Shown one piece after another: positions 45,828 to 60,601 of a stretch of DNA of 64,000 nucleotides. Under the pieces are notes generated by a model, which did not search any database, had not been told where the DNA came from, and saw only the letters and a list, made by a program, of their open reading frames with translations. The position numbers were made by a program, and so were the translations under genes. Source of the stretch: an uncultured Actinomycetes bacterium (lineage in GTDB: Bacteria; Actinomycetota; Thermoleophilia; RBG-16-64-13); NCBI GenBank assembly GCA_963841735.1, contig CAWJDT010000004.1, positions 192,001 to 256,000 of the forward strand, written 5' to 3'. The number at the start of each line of letters is the position of its first letter. Positions within the stretch are counted from its first letter, which is position 1.

Positions 45828-46952
45828 TTACGTGTATTCGATGGGCAGGACGTACTCCAGCGGAAAATAGGGCTTGCCGGTAGCCTCCGCGACCTCTCGC
45901 ATCGTCACTTTGCCTTCCATGACGTTGACCCCGCGAGCCAGAGCAGCGTCGGAGCGGGCCGCGGCAACCACACCTCTGTCGGCCACTTCAAGGATGTAGG
46001 GCAGGGTGACATTGGTCAGGGCTATGGTGGAGGTTACAGGCACCACCCCCGCCATGTTATCCACGCAGTAGTGGATAACCCCGTGTTTCACATAGGTAGG
46101 CGCACGGTGGGTAGTGATCTGCGAAGTGGCAAAACAGCCTCCCTGGTCGACACTCAGGTCGACGATCACCGATCCAGGTTGCATGGCCCGCACCAGGTCC
46201 TCCGACACCAGAACCGGCGTCTTGGCTCCCGACACCAGCACCGCGCCGATGACCACGTCGGCGGCCGCTACTTCTTCCTCTATGGTGAGCTGGTCGCTAT
46301 GAAGGGTCTGCACCCCCGGAACCTGCCTTTGCGCGACCAAGAGCGCATCCCGGTCGACGTCAAGGATCCTGGTATCGGCCCCCATGCCCACGGCGATGGC
46401 CGCCGCATTGGCCCCGGCCATACCGGCTCCTAGGATGACCACGCTCGCCGCCCGCACCCCTGTAGCCCCCCCCAGTAGCTTGCCCTTGCCTCCACTCATG
46501 CGTTCCAAGAAGTACGCACCCACTTGAGGAGCAAGTCGCCCCGCAATCTCGCTCATGGGGGCAAGAAGAGGCTTGCGGCCGTCGGACGTTTCCACCGTTT
46601 CGTAGGCAACACACGTGGCGCCGCTGCGGATGAGAGCCTCGGTCAACTCCGGATCAGGGGCCAGATGCAGATAGGTAAATAGGATATGGCGAGGCTCTAG
46701 CCGCAGATACTCCTCGCGCAAAGGCTCCTTGACCTTGACGATCAATTCGGCCTGCCCGAACACCGCATCCGCGTCAGCGACGATGCGCGCGCCAGCTCCT
46801 ACGTAGGCCTCGTCGGAGAACATCGACCCCTCACCAGCCCCACGCTGCACAAGCACCTCGTGCCCACCACTGGTGAGCTCCCGGGTGCCGGCGGGGCTGA
46901 GTGCGACTCGGTATTCTTCCTCGCGAATCTCGGTGGGCACTCCGACACGCAT
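45828..46952 (-). CDS. ald: Alanine dehydrogenase
   Basis: VGVPTEI..EYRV, VKVKEP, FTYLHLA, PLLAPMSEIAGR, VDQGGCF, TTH..PTY, NMAG.V..TST.ALTNVT. Confidence 0.97.
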   Translation of the reverse strand: MRVGVPTEIREEEYRVALSPAGTRELTSGGHEVLVQRGAGEGSMFSDEAYVGAGARIVADADAVFGQAELIVKVKEPLREEYLRLEPRHILFTYLHLAPDPELTEALIRSGATCVAYETVETSDGRKPLLAPMSEIAGRLAPQVGAYFLERMSGGKGKLLGGATGVRAASVVILGAGMAGANAAAIAVGMGADTRILDVDRDALLVAQRQVPGVQTLHSDQLTIEEEVAAADVVIGAVLVSGAKTPVLVSEDLVRAMQPGSVIVDLSVDQGGCFATSQITTHRAPTYVKHGVIHYCVDNMAGVVPVTSTIALTNVTLPYILEVADRGVVAAARSDAALARGVNVMEGKVTMREVAEATGKPYFPLEYVLPIEYT

Positions 46953-46978
46953 ACTAGTCGCCCCTCACATCGCCTTCT

Positions 46979-47542
46979 CTACGCCTGCTTCTGATAGGCC
47001 TCGAGCATATACAGGGCTGCCAAGGACTTCGCGTCACACAGGTGCTGGACAAGAACCGGCAATCCCGTCAAGGCGTAACGTACCACGCAGAGGTCCTCGT
47101 CGTCATCAGGGTCACTGTCGCCCAAGACAAGCCCCTCCGCCAGGAACACGTGCAGTAGCTCGCTGGCAAAGCCCGGTGACGAAAAGAACGAGCCAAGCGC
47201 GCTCCACCGAGCGGCTGTCAAGCCCACCTCCTCACGCAGTTCGCGCTGCGCCCCCACCAGCGGCTCCTCCCCCGCTTCGAGCCCCCCGGCGGGCAACTCC
47301 AAGAGGTACCGGCCCACCGCGTGCCGGTATTGCCGCACCATGTACACCTGGCCCTCCTCATCGAGGGCGATCACCACGACCGCGCCGGGGTGCTCCACAA
47401 CTTCACGCGTTACCACTTGCCCCCGGGGCGTGGTGATCTCATCCACCCGTAGTCTTACCACCCTGCCCTCGTACTCAACGCGCGACGCCAAGACCTCCGG
47501 GTAGAAGTCGGGCTCCGTCGGGGGCGTGGGGGCACCATCCAT
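46979..47542 (-). CDS. NUDIX hydrolase (ADP-ribose pyrophosphatase NudF-like)
   Basis: REVVEHPGAV, RQYRH, ELPAGGLE.GEEP...AQRELREEVG, SPGF. Confidence 0.9.
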   Translation of the reverse strand: MDGAPTPPTEPDFYPEVLASRVEYEGRVVRLRVDEITTPRGQVVTREVVEHPGAVVVIALDEEGQVYMVRQYRHAVGRYLLELPAGGLEAGEEPLVGAQRELREEVGLTAARWSALGSFFSSPGFASELLHVFLAEGLVLGDSDPDDDEDLCVVRYALTGLPVLVQHLCDAKSLAALYMLEAYQKQA

Positions 47543-47555
47543 GTACCAGCCTTCG

Positions 47556-52145
<4,590 letters not shown>

Positions 52146-52155
52146 GACCGCTCTC

Positions 52156-53013
52156 CTACAACAGCCGGTCGCGGAAGTGGTGGTACAGGCTATCGCCTTC
52201 CAACAGAGCAAGCGTGGTCATGCCGGGAACTGTACGGATGCGCGCCACCGTTGCCGGAGCGAACGTGCAGACCCTTTGCCCGTCAATGTCCACGTAGCAA
52301 TCGGTGTCCCCGGTGTTGATGATCTCGAGAACATCAAGAGGAGCGGCCACCACCGGCCTGACTCCAACGGCGTGAGCCGCCACCAGGCTGATGACGTACG
52401 CATCCACCGAGATGCCAAGAAGGGGACCGCCTGCGGCGAGGCTGTAGGCAGATGAACCGGCGGGAGTCCCCACCACGACCCCGTCGCACTGCACCTCGAA
52501 GAGGGTAACGCCATTGATGGTGAGGGCAAGCGAGCAGGTCCCAGACCGGTCGCCCTTGCTCACCACGACGTCGTTAGTAGCCCGAAAGGTCTCCTCCGTC
52601 ACTTCCGCACTCAGACCCAGGAGCGGATACTCGGTGAAGCCCCCTGAAATCAGCCGCTCCACTCCATCGCGGAGTTCATCCTTCGCAACGGTCGTAAGGA
52701 AGCCCACGCGGCCCAGATTCACGCCTGCCACCGGGATGCAGAGGTCGCGGGTCAGGTGAAACGCCCGCAGCATGGTACCGTCACCCCCCAACACCAGGCA
52801 CAGACCTACCCCCTCGAGATCCGTCGGCCCCTCGACCACCTCGACCCCGCCTGTACCGTTGAAGATCTGCGCGTGCTTCTGCCATTCCGTCTGTGGGGCG
52901 AGAATTTCGATCCCGGCTCGGCCCAACAGGGCCAGCGTGTCCATCAACGCACCATGAGCCACCTCGGCATCACCGTGTGTAAGAACGACCACCTTCCTGA
53001 TCTTAGGGCTCAT
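52156..53013 (-). CDS. nadK: NAD kinase
   Basis: LGGDGTML, GVNLGRVGFL, ND, DG...TPAGSSAYSLAAGGP, IDGQ. Confidence 0.95.
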   Translation of the reverse strand: MSPKIRKVVVLTHGDAEVAHGALMDTLALLGRAGIEILAPQTEWQKHAQIFNGTGGVEVVEGPTDLEGVGLCLVLGGDGTMLRAFHLTRDLCIPVAGVNLGRVGFLTTVAKDELRDGVERLISGGFTEYPLLGLSAEVTEETFRATNDVVVSKGDRSGTCSLALTINGVTLFEVQCDGVVVGTPAGSSAYSLAAGGPLLGISVDAYVISLVAAHAVGVRPVVAAPLDVLEIINTGDTDCYVDIDGQRVCTFAPATVARIRTVPGMTTLALLEGDSLYHHFRDRLL

Positions 53014-53842
53014 CGGCAAGACCCCCACGCGTCGCATCCTCCACTAGTCCCGGCTCGTTGACGAGTTCCTCCAGCCTATCAAGTCCTATGGCGTTCTCAC
53101 CATCTCTACCGATGTGCAAGAAGAATTCCACGTTGCCCCCGACACCCGGGTGACGGGAGCGGCACAACCCCAGCAGGTCCGCGGCGAGTTGGTCGACCAC
53201 AAACGCGCCCGCCTGTCTCAACACCATGCGCCGGGTCTCCGGGTTGCTGACGATACCGCCTTTCCCCACTTCGCGCGGCCCAGCTTCAAACTGCGGCTTG
53301 ATCAGCACCAGCCCCTCGAACGCCCGCGACATGCACCCTATCACCGAGGGTAGAACCTTACTCACCGAGATGAACGACACGTCCATGGTGAGGAAGTCGG
53401 CCTGGTAGGGCAAGTCCTCCGGCTTCAGATAGCGAGCGTTCACCTTTTCGAGGACACACACCCGAGGATCCTGCCGCAAACGGGAATCGATCTGACCTCG
53501 CCCCACGTCGAGAGCGATGACCCTTGTCGCCCCGCCCTGCAGCAGACAGTCCACAAATCCGCCCGTAGACGCTCCAACATCTAGCCCGGATGCCCCCTCC
53601 ACGCCTATGGAAAGGTCTTCCAGTGCTCCGGCGAGCTTGTTGCCACCCCTCGAAACGAACCGGGGACGCTCCTTGATGGTGATGGGGGCATCCCCGGCGA
53701 TGGCGGTACCGGCCTTGTCACAGAGCCTGCCCCCCACTGTCACAAGCCCGGCCATAATCAAACCTCGTGCGGCACTTCTGGTGGGAGCCAGGCCTCGCGT
53801 CACCAGAACCTCGTCCAAACGGCTGCGACTGGCCCTTTGCAC
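53003..53842 (-). CDS. tlyA: TlyA rRNA (cytidine-2'-O)-methyltransferase
   Basis: RLD..LV.RGL, FVSRGGNKL, DVGASTGGF.DCLLQ.GA, DVSFIS, LIKPQFEAG, GNVEF. Confidence 0.96.
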   Translation of the reverse strand: MQRASRSRLDEVLVTRGLAPTRSAARGLIMAGLVTVGGRLCDKAGTAIAGDAPITIKERPRFVSRGGNKLAGALEDLSIGVEGASGLDVGASTGGFVDCLLQGGATRVIALDVGRGQIDSRLRQDPRVCVLEKVNARYLKPEDLPYQADFLTMDVSFISVSKVLPSVIGCMSRAFEGLVLIKPQFEAGPREVGKGGIVSNPETRRMVLRQAGAFVVDQLAADLLGLCRSRHPGVGGNVEFFLHIGRDGENAIGLDRLEELVNEPGLVEDATRGGLADEP

Positions 53843-53847
53843 CGGGC

Positions 53848-55809
53848 TTAGCCCCCTGTGAGCCGAAGCCGCCGCAACTGGCCCAACACCGCATCCGCCA
53901 ACGCCTCCGGCGTAAGACCAACATCCTGGCGCAAACGGTTCACCGGGCCATGCGTGACGAACTTGTCCGGTAGACCCGCGCGCGCCAGCGGCCGCTGGAT
54001 ATCCAAGTCGGCCATCAACTCCGCCACTGCCGAGCCGAAGCCTCCGGCCAGCACGTTGTTCTCAATGGTCGCGACCACCTTGTGATCCTCTATCAGCGAC
54101 GCCAGTACATCCACGTCCAGCGGATGGACCCGCTTCACGCCGGCCACGGTGGCAAAGATCCCCTCCGCGGCAAGCCGGTCGGCGGCCAGTTCGGCTACCC
54201 GGATCTCGGGTCCAACGCCCAGCAATAGCGCATCGGCGCCCTTTCTGACTATATCCACCCAAGGGCCCGCGAAAGGCTCGATGGGTCTGCCTAGCGCAAC
54301 GCCTACACCGGCCGAACGTGGATATCGGATGACTGAGGGACCATCCAGACGCAAGGCACCGGCGAGCATGCGCTGCAGTTCGGCTTCGTCTTTCGGCACG
54401 AACACGCTGAGGCCGGGCAAGATACGCAGGTAAGAGAGATCGAAGACCCCATGATGAGTGGGACCATCCGAACCCACCAGGCCCGCCCGATCGACGGCGA
54501 ATACCACGGGCAACCGCTGAAGGCATACATCGTGGATCACTTGGTCGTAGGCCCGCTGCAGAAAGGTCGAGTATATGGCCACCACCGGCTTCATACCTGC
54601 CGCAGCCATTCCTGCCGCGAATACCACGGCGTGGCCTTCGGCTATCCCTACGTCGAAGAAGCGCTCGGGCATGGCTTCCTTCAGAAGGTCCAAACCCGTC
54701 CCGGAAGCCATGGCCGCCGTGATGCCCACCACACGCTCGTCGTCTCGTGCGAGTTGCACTAGGGCCTCACCAAACGCCTGCGTGTAGGTGGTCGGCCCCT
54801 CGGGGTCGAGGGACTCGCCGGTCGTCGGCGAAAGACCTGGTATGCCGTGATACCGCCCAGGCTCCTGCTCGGCCAGAGCGTACCCCTTGCCTTTGATCGT
54901 TCGACAGTGCAGTAGCACCGGCCCCTCTATGGCCAGGGAGCGCCGGATGCTCGCGCGCAGTTCCTCGATGTCATGGCCGTCGATCACACCCACGTAGGTG
55001 AACCCCAGTTCTTCAAACAGCATGCCCGGAACAAAGGCGGCCTTGATGCTGTCTTTGACCTGCGCGCCCATGGCCGCCATCCGCTCGCCCACCCCGGGAA
55101 GTCTCTGCACCCATTTGTCAAAATCACGGCGAAAGCGGTACAGAGTCGGGTCGGTCCGCAGCCGGGAGAGATACGTGCTCATGGCACCGCCGGTCTTCTC
55201 AATGGACATGGTGTTGTCGTTGAGAATAACCAGCAACGGAGTCTTCAAATGCCCCGCGTGATTCAGCGCCTCGTAGGCCATGCCGCCTGTCAATGCGCCA
55301 TCGCCCAACACAGCCACCACATGGCCACAGCCCCGCCCTTCGGGGGGTGGTTGCCCTTCAGCACCTACTCCGGCGGCTTGTTCTCCGGCCTGGCGACCCA
55401 GCCGCCTCGCTTCCACCATGCCCACCGCGGCGCTCACGGACGTGCTGGCGTGACCGGTGCCGTAGGCATCAAACGGGCTCTCCTCCCTAGAAGGGAAGCC
55501 TGAGAGGCCCCCATACTTGCGGATCGAGCGAAATTCCGCGAGTCTGCCTGTAAGAAGCTTGTGCGCGTAGCATTGATGGCCAACGTCCCAGATGATCGCA
55601 TCCCGTGGGACATCCAGTTCTGCGTGCAACGCTATTGTGAGTTCCACAACGCCCAGGCTCGGCCCGAGATGACCGCCGTTGTCGGAGACTGTCTCGATTA
55701 TCTCCGCGCGCAGCTCTTCGGCCACGCGACGCAAGCCGGCCGGACCCAGACTCCGCAGCCCGGAGGGCAAATCAAGCGTATCCAGAAGTCTCTCGCCGTC
55801 GGCGCTCAC
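53848..55809 (-). CDS. dxs: 1-deoxy-D-xylulose-5-phosphate synthase
   Basis: GGHLG, WDVGHQCY.HK, GHASTS, GDGALTGG, NDN, DVGIAEGHAV, YSTFLQRAYDQ, DGPTHHG. Confidence 0.98.
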   Translation of the reverse strand: MSADGERLLDTLDLPSGLRSLGPAGLRRVAEELRAEIIETVSDNGGHLGPSLGVVELTIALHAELDVPRDAIIWDVGHQCYAHKLLTGRLAEFRSIRKYGGLSGFPSREESPFDAYGTGHASTSVSAAVGMVEARRLGRQAGEQAAGVGAEGQPPPEGRGCGHVVAVLGDGALTGGMAYEALNHAGHLKTPLLVILNDNTMSIEKTGGAMSTYLSRLRTDPTLYRFRRDFDKWVQRLPGVGERMAAMGAQVKDSIKAAFVPGMLFEELGFTYVGVIDGHDIEELRASIRRSLAIEGPVLLHCRTIKGKGYALAEQEPGRYHGIPGLSPTTGESLDPEGPTTYTQAFGEALVQLARDDERVVGITAAMASGTGLDLLKEAMPERFFDVGIAEGHAVVFAAGMAAAGMKPVVAIYSTFLQRAYDQVIHDVCLQRLPVVFAVDRAGLVGSDGPTHHGVFDLSYLRILPGLSVFVPKDEAELQRMLAGALRLDGPSVIRYPRSAGVGVALGRPIEPFAGPWVDIVRKGADALLLGVGPEIRVAELAADRLAAEGIFATVAGVKRVHPLDVDVLASLIEDHKVVATIENNVLAGGFGSAVAELMADLDIQRPLARAGLPDKFVTHGPVNRLRQDVGLTPEALADAVLGQLRRLRLTGG

Positions 55810-56240
55810 AGCTCTTCCTTGTCCACTGCAGCGTCGCTTGAAACGTCCCTCACCGATGCCAAAGCCCCTAGGATGCCGTTCACCAGAGATCCAGCTTCAG
55901 CTGAGCAGAACCGCTTAGCCAGTTCTACAGCCTGGTCGATGATCACCGCCACAGGGATCTCGGGTTCCCACATAAGTTCGTATGCGGCCACCTTTAGGAT
56001 AGAACGCTCAAGAACCCCCAGCCGTTCCCAAGTCCACCCAGCCAGGTGCATTCCAACCGCGCTTTCGATGGCCTCCAGTTCGGCGGCCGCCCCGAGCACC
56101 AATCGCCGCGCATACTCGGATATCCCTGAGTCATGGACCCGAGCAAGAGCATCGGGAGCCGAAAGCCCCAGCAAATCCTGTTGGTAGAGGATGACCACGG
56201 CTTCGCGCCGCGCGCTTCTACGACCGGCCTGCACAGGCAA
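55806..56240 (-). CDS. nusB: Transcription antitermination factor NusB
   Basis: RRSARREAV..LYQ, W..ERL..LER.IL..A.YE, AVELAKRF, VNGIL. Confidence 0.95.
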   Translation of the reverse strand: MPVQAGRRSARREAVVILYQQDLLGLSAPDALARVHDSGISEYARRLVLGAAAELEAIESAVGMHLAGWTWERLGVLERSILKVAAYELMWEPEIPVAVIIDQAVELAKRFCSAEAGSLVNGILGALASVRDVSSDAAVDKEEL

Positions 56241-56245
56241 GCTGT

Positions 56246-56548
56246 TCAGGCGCCAAGCGGAAACACGCCGCTGAATACCACGTCCACACCGGATACGCGC
56301 AGACCTGTCATTCGCCCGAGAGCACCGACTATCTTGCCGCGCACCTCAGGCGCCAGCTCGGGCAGCACCTCACCCATACGCGCATCCAACTGGATGACCA
56401 CGTGGCATTCTTCACCGTCAACAGTGACGTCGGCCACGCGACTGCCTACCAAAGGCAGAGAGGAGTGCACCCGCACCCGATCATCGCCAACCAGCGATCC
56501 CCGCACAATAGCCTCAAGAACCGACGTAGCTATCAAGTACTCGGTCAT
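56246..56548 (-). CDS. Asp23/Gls24 family protein
   Basis: LPELA..VR..I..AL.RMTGL.V..VDV motif; efp-asp23-nusB synteny. Confidence 0.8.
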   Translation of the reverse strand: MTEYLIATSVLEAIVRGSLVGDDRVRVHSSLPLVGSRVADVTVDGEECHVVIQLDARMGEVLPELAPEVRGKIVGALGRMTGLRVSGVDVVFSGVFPLGA

Positions 56549-56601
56549 ATCACGCACCCATCATCGCTGAACTCGTTGTGCTCGCCTTGTGATACGTACA
56601 C

Positions 56602-57159
56602 TTACGCTCTCGTCACGTACTCCCTGGTGCGAGTATCGATACGGATCACATCGCCCGACTCTATGAACAGAGGCACCTGCACCACGGCTCCTGTCTCCAA
56701 GGTCGCTGCTTTGGAGCCACCAGACACAGTATCTCCCCGTACTCCAGCCGCCGTGTCCTCGATCCTCAGGTCCACAAACGTAGGTAGCTCCACGTCGAAC
56801 GGCTCTCCGTCGATGTGAATCACTTCAACGGGCATATTTGGGGTCATCAGGTCAAAGCGCCCGTCAAGGTTGCCCTTCGGCACCACGAGTTGCTCGAACG
56901 ACTCTTGGTCCATGAAGACCACTTGATCGGGTTCGTCGTACAGATACGTCATCGTGCGACTTTCCGTGCGCAGTTGCTCGAACTTCGTCTCAGGCCGGAA
57001 CGTACGCTCGACGAGTGAGCCGCTGATCACGTTGCGCAGTTTAGTGCGCACGAACGCTCCGCCCTTGCCGGGTTTAACATGTTGGTAATCAGCGATGCGA
57101 TACGTTTCGCCCTCGTACCTAATGGTCATACCGACCTTGAACTGATTTGTTGAGATCAC
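56602..57159 (-). CDS. efp: Elongation factor P
   Basis: HVKPGKGGAFVRTKL, GVRGDT, KAATLETG, VPLFI..GD.I.IDTR; RBS GGAGG before GTG. Confidence 0.98.
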   Translation of the reverse strand: MISTNQFKVGMTIRYEGETYRIADYQHVKPGKGGAFVRTKLRNVISGSLVERTFRPETKFEQLRTESRTMTYLYDEPDQVVFMDQESFEQLVVPKGNLDGRFDLMTPNMPVEVIHIDGEPFDVELPTFVDLRIEDTAAGVRGDTVSGGSKAATLETGAVVQVPLFIESGDVIRIDTRTREYVTRA

Positions 57160-57257
57160 TCGCCCGGCCTCCATCGACTACGACTGCCGACGCACTCTAC
57201 ACCGGCTATACGAGTATGAATTCTACTACACCTGCAGGTGCGGCGCCTCTTGAAGCC

Positions 57258-57713
57258 TCACTTGTCCTTGGCCTGGCCTAACTCGACAAGCCTGCGCACC
57301 GCCTGCAAATAGCCCTCTGGGCCCTTGCCCGAGATGGTAAAAGTCACAACCGAAGAGATCACAGAATGCCGCCGCCACTCCTCGCGCTCGGCGATGGCCG
57401 AAAGGTGAACCTCAGCCACCGGACAATCCACCAACTCGAGAGCGTCCCGGATGACGTAACTGTAGTGAGTCCAGGCGCCGGGGTTGACGATCATGGCATT
57501 TGCGTGCCGGTACTCGTGTAGCAGCTCTACGTACGAGCCTTCGTGGTTGGTCTGCCGAAACACACCCTCCCAACCGAACAACCTCGCTTCGCAATCGATT
57601 AGGCCCTCCAGCTCGGCGAGCGTGATAGTGCCATAGTGCTCCGCCGGGCGCGCCCCCAGCATGTCGAGATTCGCTCCGTGCAAAACTATGATCCGCTTCG
57701 GTTCAGAGCTCAT
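57258..57713 (-). CDS. aroQ: 3-dehydroquinate dehydratase, type II
   Basis: HGANLDMLGARP..HYG, QTNHEG, NPGAWTHYS..IRDA, EVHLS....REEWRRHS. Confidence 0.95.
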   Translation of the reverse strand: MSSEPKRIIVLHGANLDMLGARPAEHYGTITLAELEGLIDCEARLFGWEGVFRQTNHEGSYVELLHEYRHANAMIVNPGAWTHYSYVIRDALELVDCPVAEVHLSAIAEREEWRRHSVISSVVTFTISGKGPEGYLQAVRRLVELGQAKDK

Positions 57714-59323
57714 GCCCTGATCACCCCAAGCGAACGAGTAAACACCTCGCGCGACACGTTTAGTCCCCATACCGGTTCGCCCAAGGCCCGCAGCCCCACG
57801 AAACCCGTCGATCCGGCGCGCGCCTTCTTATCACGCGACGTGGCAATCCACAGTTCCTCCACCGGAGGCAAAGCAAGCGTAGAACGGAGCCCCAAGGCCA
57901 AAAGCAGGGCGCGGACGCGCTCACGGACGCCCGGGTCTAGCGCCAGCAGCTCCTCGCTGACGGCCAGTGACACCAAAAGCCCCAACCCGACGGCCTGACC
58001 GTGACTGATACGACCGTATCCGCCGGCGACCTCTAGAGCGTGGGCCGCTGTGTGCCCCAGATTGAGAACCGCACGGACACCGTTTTCTCGCTCGTCCTTC
58101 TCCACGACACCGGCCTTGTAGTCGATGCTGGAGCGGATGACCGCGGACAGAACACCCATATCCCGTTTCGCTACGGCCTCTGCTTCCCGCTCCAGCCAAG
58201 CAAACGCCTCGGCCGAGATCAGCAGTGCGTGTTTGACCACCTCACCCAACCCCCCGTCGTAGTCGGCCGGCGGAAGAGTGGCCAGTGTGTTGGCATCCAC
58301 AACAACCAGGTCAGGCTGGTAGAAGGCCCCCACCAGATTCTTGCCCGCGCTCAGGTTGATGGCGGTCTTACCACCGACACTCGAATCGACCTGAGCAAGG
58401 AGGCTGGTGGGAATCTGCCATAATCCTACCCCGCGCTGGTACGTCGCGGCGGCAAATCCGGCCAGGTCTCCCACGACCCCTCCTCCGAGCGCCACAACCA
58501 CGTCGTCACGCCGCGCACCCGCTTCAGCTAGCCACTCCCAGCAGCGCCCCAGTGAACCATGGCTCTTACTCGCCTCGCCCGGCTCCACCACCAAAGACGC
58601 CATCTCGGCGCAGCCGCCCATGGCTTTCATCAAAGCCGGACCCCAAGCACCCTGGACGTTCTCGTCGGTAATGACGAACAGGCGTCCCCCCCGGCGAGCA
58701 ACAGCCTGCGCCCGTCTCTCCAAGAACGAAAACGCTCCCTCCCCCCCAACGATCAGGGACTCACGTGCGGTAGCTCCCAGGCGTCTTCCCCACATAACCT
58801 GCCAATGCTTACCCGCACCCTGGATAATCTCTACGATCTCAGATGCGATCTGCTCTGCGGCCCGCCCACCCACCGGCACAATCCAGTCGGACGTTCGTTC
58901 GTAGGTCTGTCGCCGCGCTTCGTAGAGTTCCGCGAAAGCCTCTTTGCTTTGGGCCAACGGTCTGCCGGTATCGTGTGACCGACCCCAGGCAACGTCGATG
59001 CCGACGTCCAGAAACACCACTCCTCCGCGGCCGTGCATCAGCTGCTCAGCTTCTCTACACGTGAGGGTCCCTCCACCGAGCGACAGAACCAGATCCTGGA
59101 CCCGGGCCGTGTGACCTAGAACGCGCTCCAGCACGCGGCACTCCTCGGCCCTGAAAGCCTGCTCACCTCTTGTGGCGAATAGAACAGCAATCGGGCTGCC
59201 GGTGGCCTTGACGACGGCATCGTCCAGGTCAACGAACTCCCAGCCCAGCCGAGCAGCGACAGCCGCCCCTATGGCGGACTTCCCGCTACCCATGAAGCCG
59301 CTGAGCGCTACGAGCTTCGCCAC
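57710..59323 (-). CDS. aroB: Shikimate kinase / 3-dehydroquinate synthase fusion (AroK-AroB)
   Basis: GFMGSGKS, GE..FR..E, LGGG, RPL; then GGGVVGDLAGF, PTSLLAQVDSSVGGKT, KNLVGAFYQP, LNLGHT, HG. Confidence 0.95.
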   Translation of the reverse strand: MAKLVALSGFMGSGKSAIGAAVAARLGWEFVDLDDAVVKATGSPIAVLFATRGEQAFRAEECRVLERVLGHTARVQDLVLSLGGGTLTCREAEQLMHGRGGVVFLDVGIDVAWGRSHDTGRPLAQSKEAFAELYEARRQTYERTSDWIVPVGGRAAEQIASEIVEIIQGAGKHWQVMWGRRLGATARESLIVGGEGAFSFLERRAQAVARRGGRLFVITDENVQGAWGPALMKAMGGCAEMASLVVEPGEASKSHGSLGRCWEWLAEAGARRDDVVVALGGGVVGDLAGFAAATYQRGVGLWQIPTSLLAQVDSSVGGKTAINLSAGKNLVGAFYQPDLVVVDANTLATLPPADYDGGLGEVVKHALLISAEAFAWLEREAEAVAKRDMGVLSAVIRSSIDYKAGVVEKDERENGVRAVLNLGHTAAHALEVAGGYGRISHGQAVGLGLLVSLAVSEELLALDPGVRERVRALLLALGLRSTLALPPVEELWIATSRDKKARAGSTGFVGLRALGEPVWGLNVSREVFTRSLGVIRA

Positions 59324-60519
59324 AGACCCTGTTCCTCCAGGCGCTGCCGGTATGCGCGCAGGGCCGCCTGTAGCTCTCCCAGGCTGTCGCCTCCGAACTT
59401 CTCCAGATAAGCCGCGGCCATCACGTATGCAACCATGGCTTCTCCCACCACTCTGGCTGCCGACACCGCGGCAACGTCGGAGCGCTCAACCAGAGCCGGG
59501 CGCGCTTCCAGTGAGTGGATATCGACCGACCCAAGAGGGGTGGTAAGGGTGGGGATCGGCTTCATCGCAGCCCTTAGGACAACGGGCATGCCGTTGGTCA
59601 TGCCTCCCTCGACGCCGGCTGCCCCATTCGAGTCGCGCCCTATCCACTTGCGTCCACCGTTGTCCCGCAAAATGATAGGGTCATGCACCTCAGAGCCCTT
59701 GCGCCGGGCGTTCGCAAAGGCATCGCCTATCTCGACGCCCTTGATTGCCGGGATGCTCCCCAGAGCTCCCATCAGTCTGCCATCAAGCCGGTCGTGCATG
59801 GTTGCATATCCCCCCAGGCCAGGGCACAAGCCCCAACACCAGATCTCAAACACCCCGCCCAGAGACTCGCCCGCTGCCCGCGCAGCGTCTATGGCTCCGC
59901 ACATGGCTGCACCTGTCTCCGCGTCGTCGCATCCGACCGGGGATGTCTCGACCGCACCCCAGTCGATGGCCTCAGGCCGCACGTAACCCGAGGTGCTGGA
60001 TTGCCCAACGTTTCCAATAGCTACGACCCTTCCCCGCACGGTGACGCCCAGTTCCTCCAGCAGGCGCCTGCACACCGCGCCTCCTGCGACCCTTCCCACC
60101 GTCTCGCGGGCGCTGGCCCGCTCCAGTACAGAGCGAACGTCACTGTGGTCGTACTTCGCTACACCCGACAGGTCGGCGTGCCCTGGACGTGGCACAGTGT
60201 CCTTCTGGCCTGACGGCAGCCCCCCGCCCTCACTTGGTTCTGGCGACATGAGGGAAGTCCAGTTGCCATGGTCCACGTTGTCGACCAGAATGCAGATGGG
60301 GCTACCCATGGTAAGGCCTAGACGGACTCCCGCCACAAAACGGCAGCGGTCGGTCTCTATCTTCATACGGCCCCCGCGGCCATAGCCACCCTGCCGGCGG
60401 GCAAGCTGCCCATCGATATCACCCACGTCCAGAGACAAACCTGCAGGGATGCCCTCTAGAACACAGACTTCGCATGGACCATGCGACTCGCCGGCGGTGG
60501 TAAGGCGGAGAGTGGTCAC
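59308..60519 (-). CDS. aroC: Chorismate synthase
   Basis: TAGESHG, RRQGGYGRGGRM, PRPGHADL, ERASARET, SIPAIKGVEIG, GVEGGMTNG, MKPIPTL. Confidence 0.98.
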   Translation of the reverse strand: MTTLRLTTAGESHGPCEVCVLEGIPAGLSLDVGDIDGQLARRQGGYGRGGRMKIETDRCRFVAGVRLGLTMGSPICILVDNVDHGNWTSLMSPEPSEGGGLPSGQKDTVPRPGHADLSGVAKYDHSDVRSVLERASARETVGRVAGGAVCRRLLEELGVTVRGRVVAIGNVGQSSTSGYVRPEAIDWGAVETSPVGCDDAETGAAMCGAIDAARAAGESLGGVFEIWCWGLCPGLGGYATMHDRLDGRLMGALGSIPAIKGVEIGDAFANARRKGSEVHDPIILRDNGGRKWIGRDSNGAAGVEGGMTNGMPVVLRAAMKPIPTLTTPLGSVDIHSLEARPALVERSDVAAVSAARVVGEAMVAYVMAAAYLEKFGGDSLGELQAALRAYRQRLEEQGLWRSS

Positions 60520-60601
60520 CAGCTACTCCTTGAAACGGCACCGCCTCCAGCGCTATACCGTATTCCGTCGCTACAAACAGTACGTCGAAACAGAAACAAA
60601 G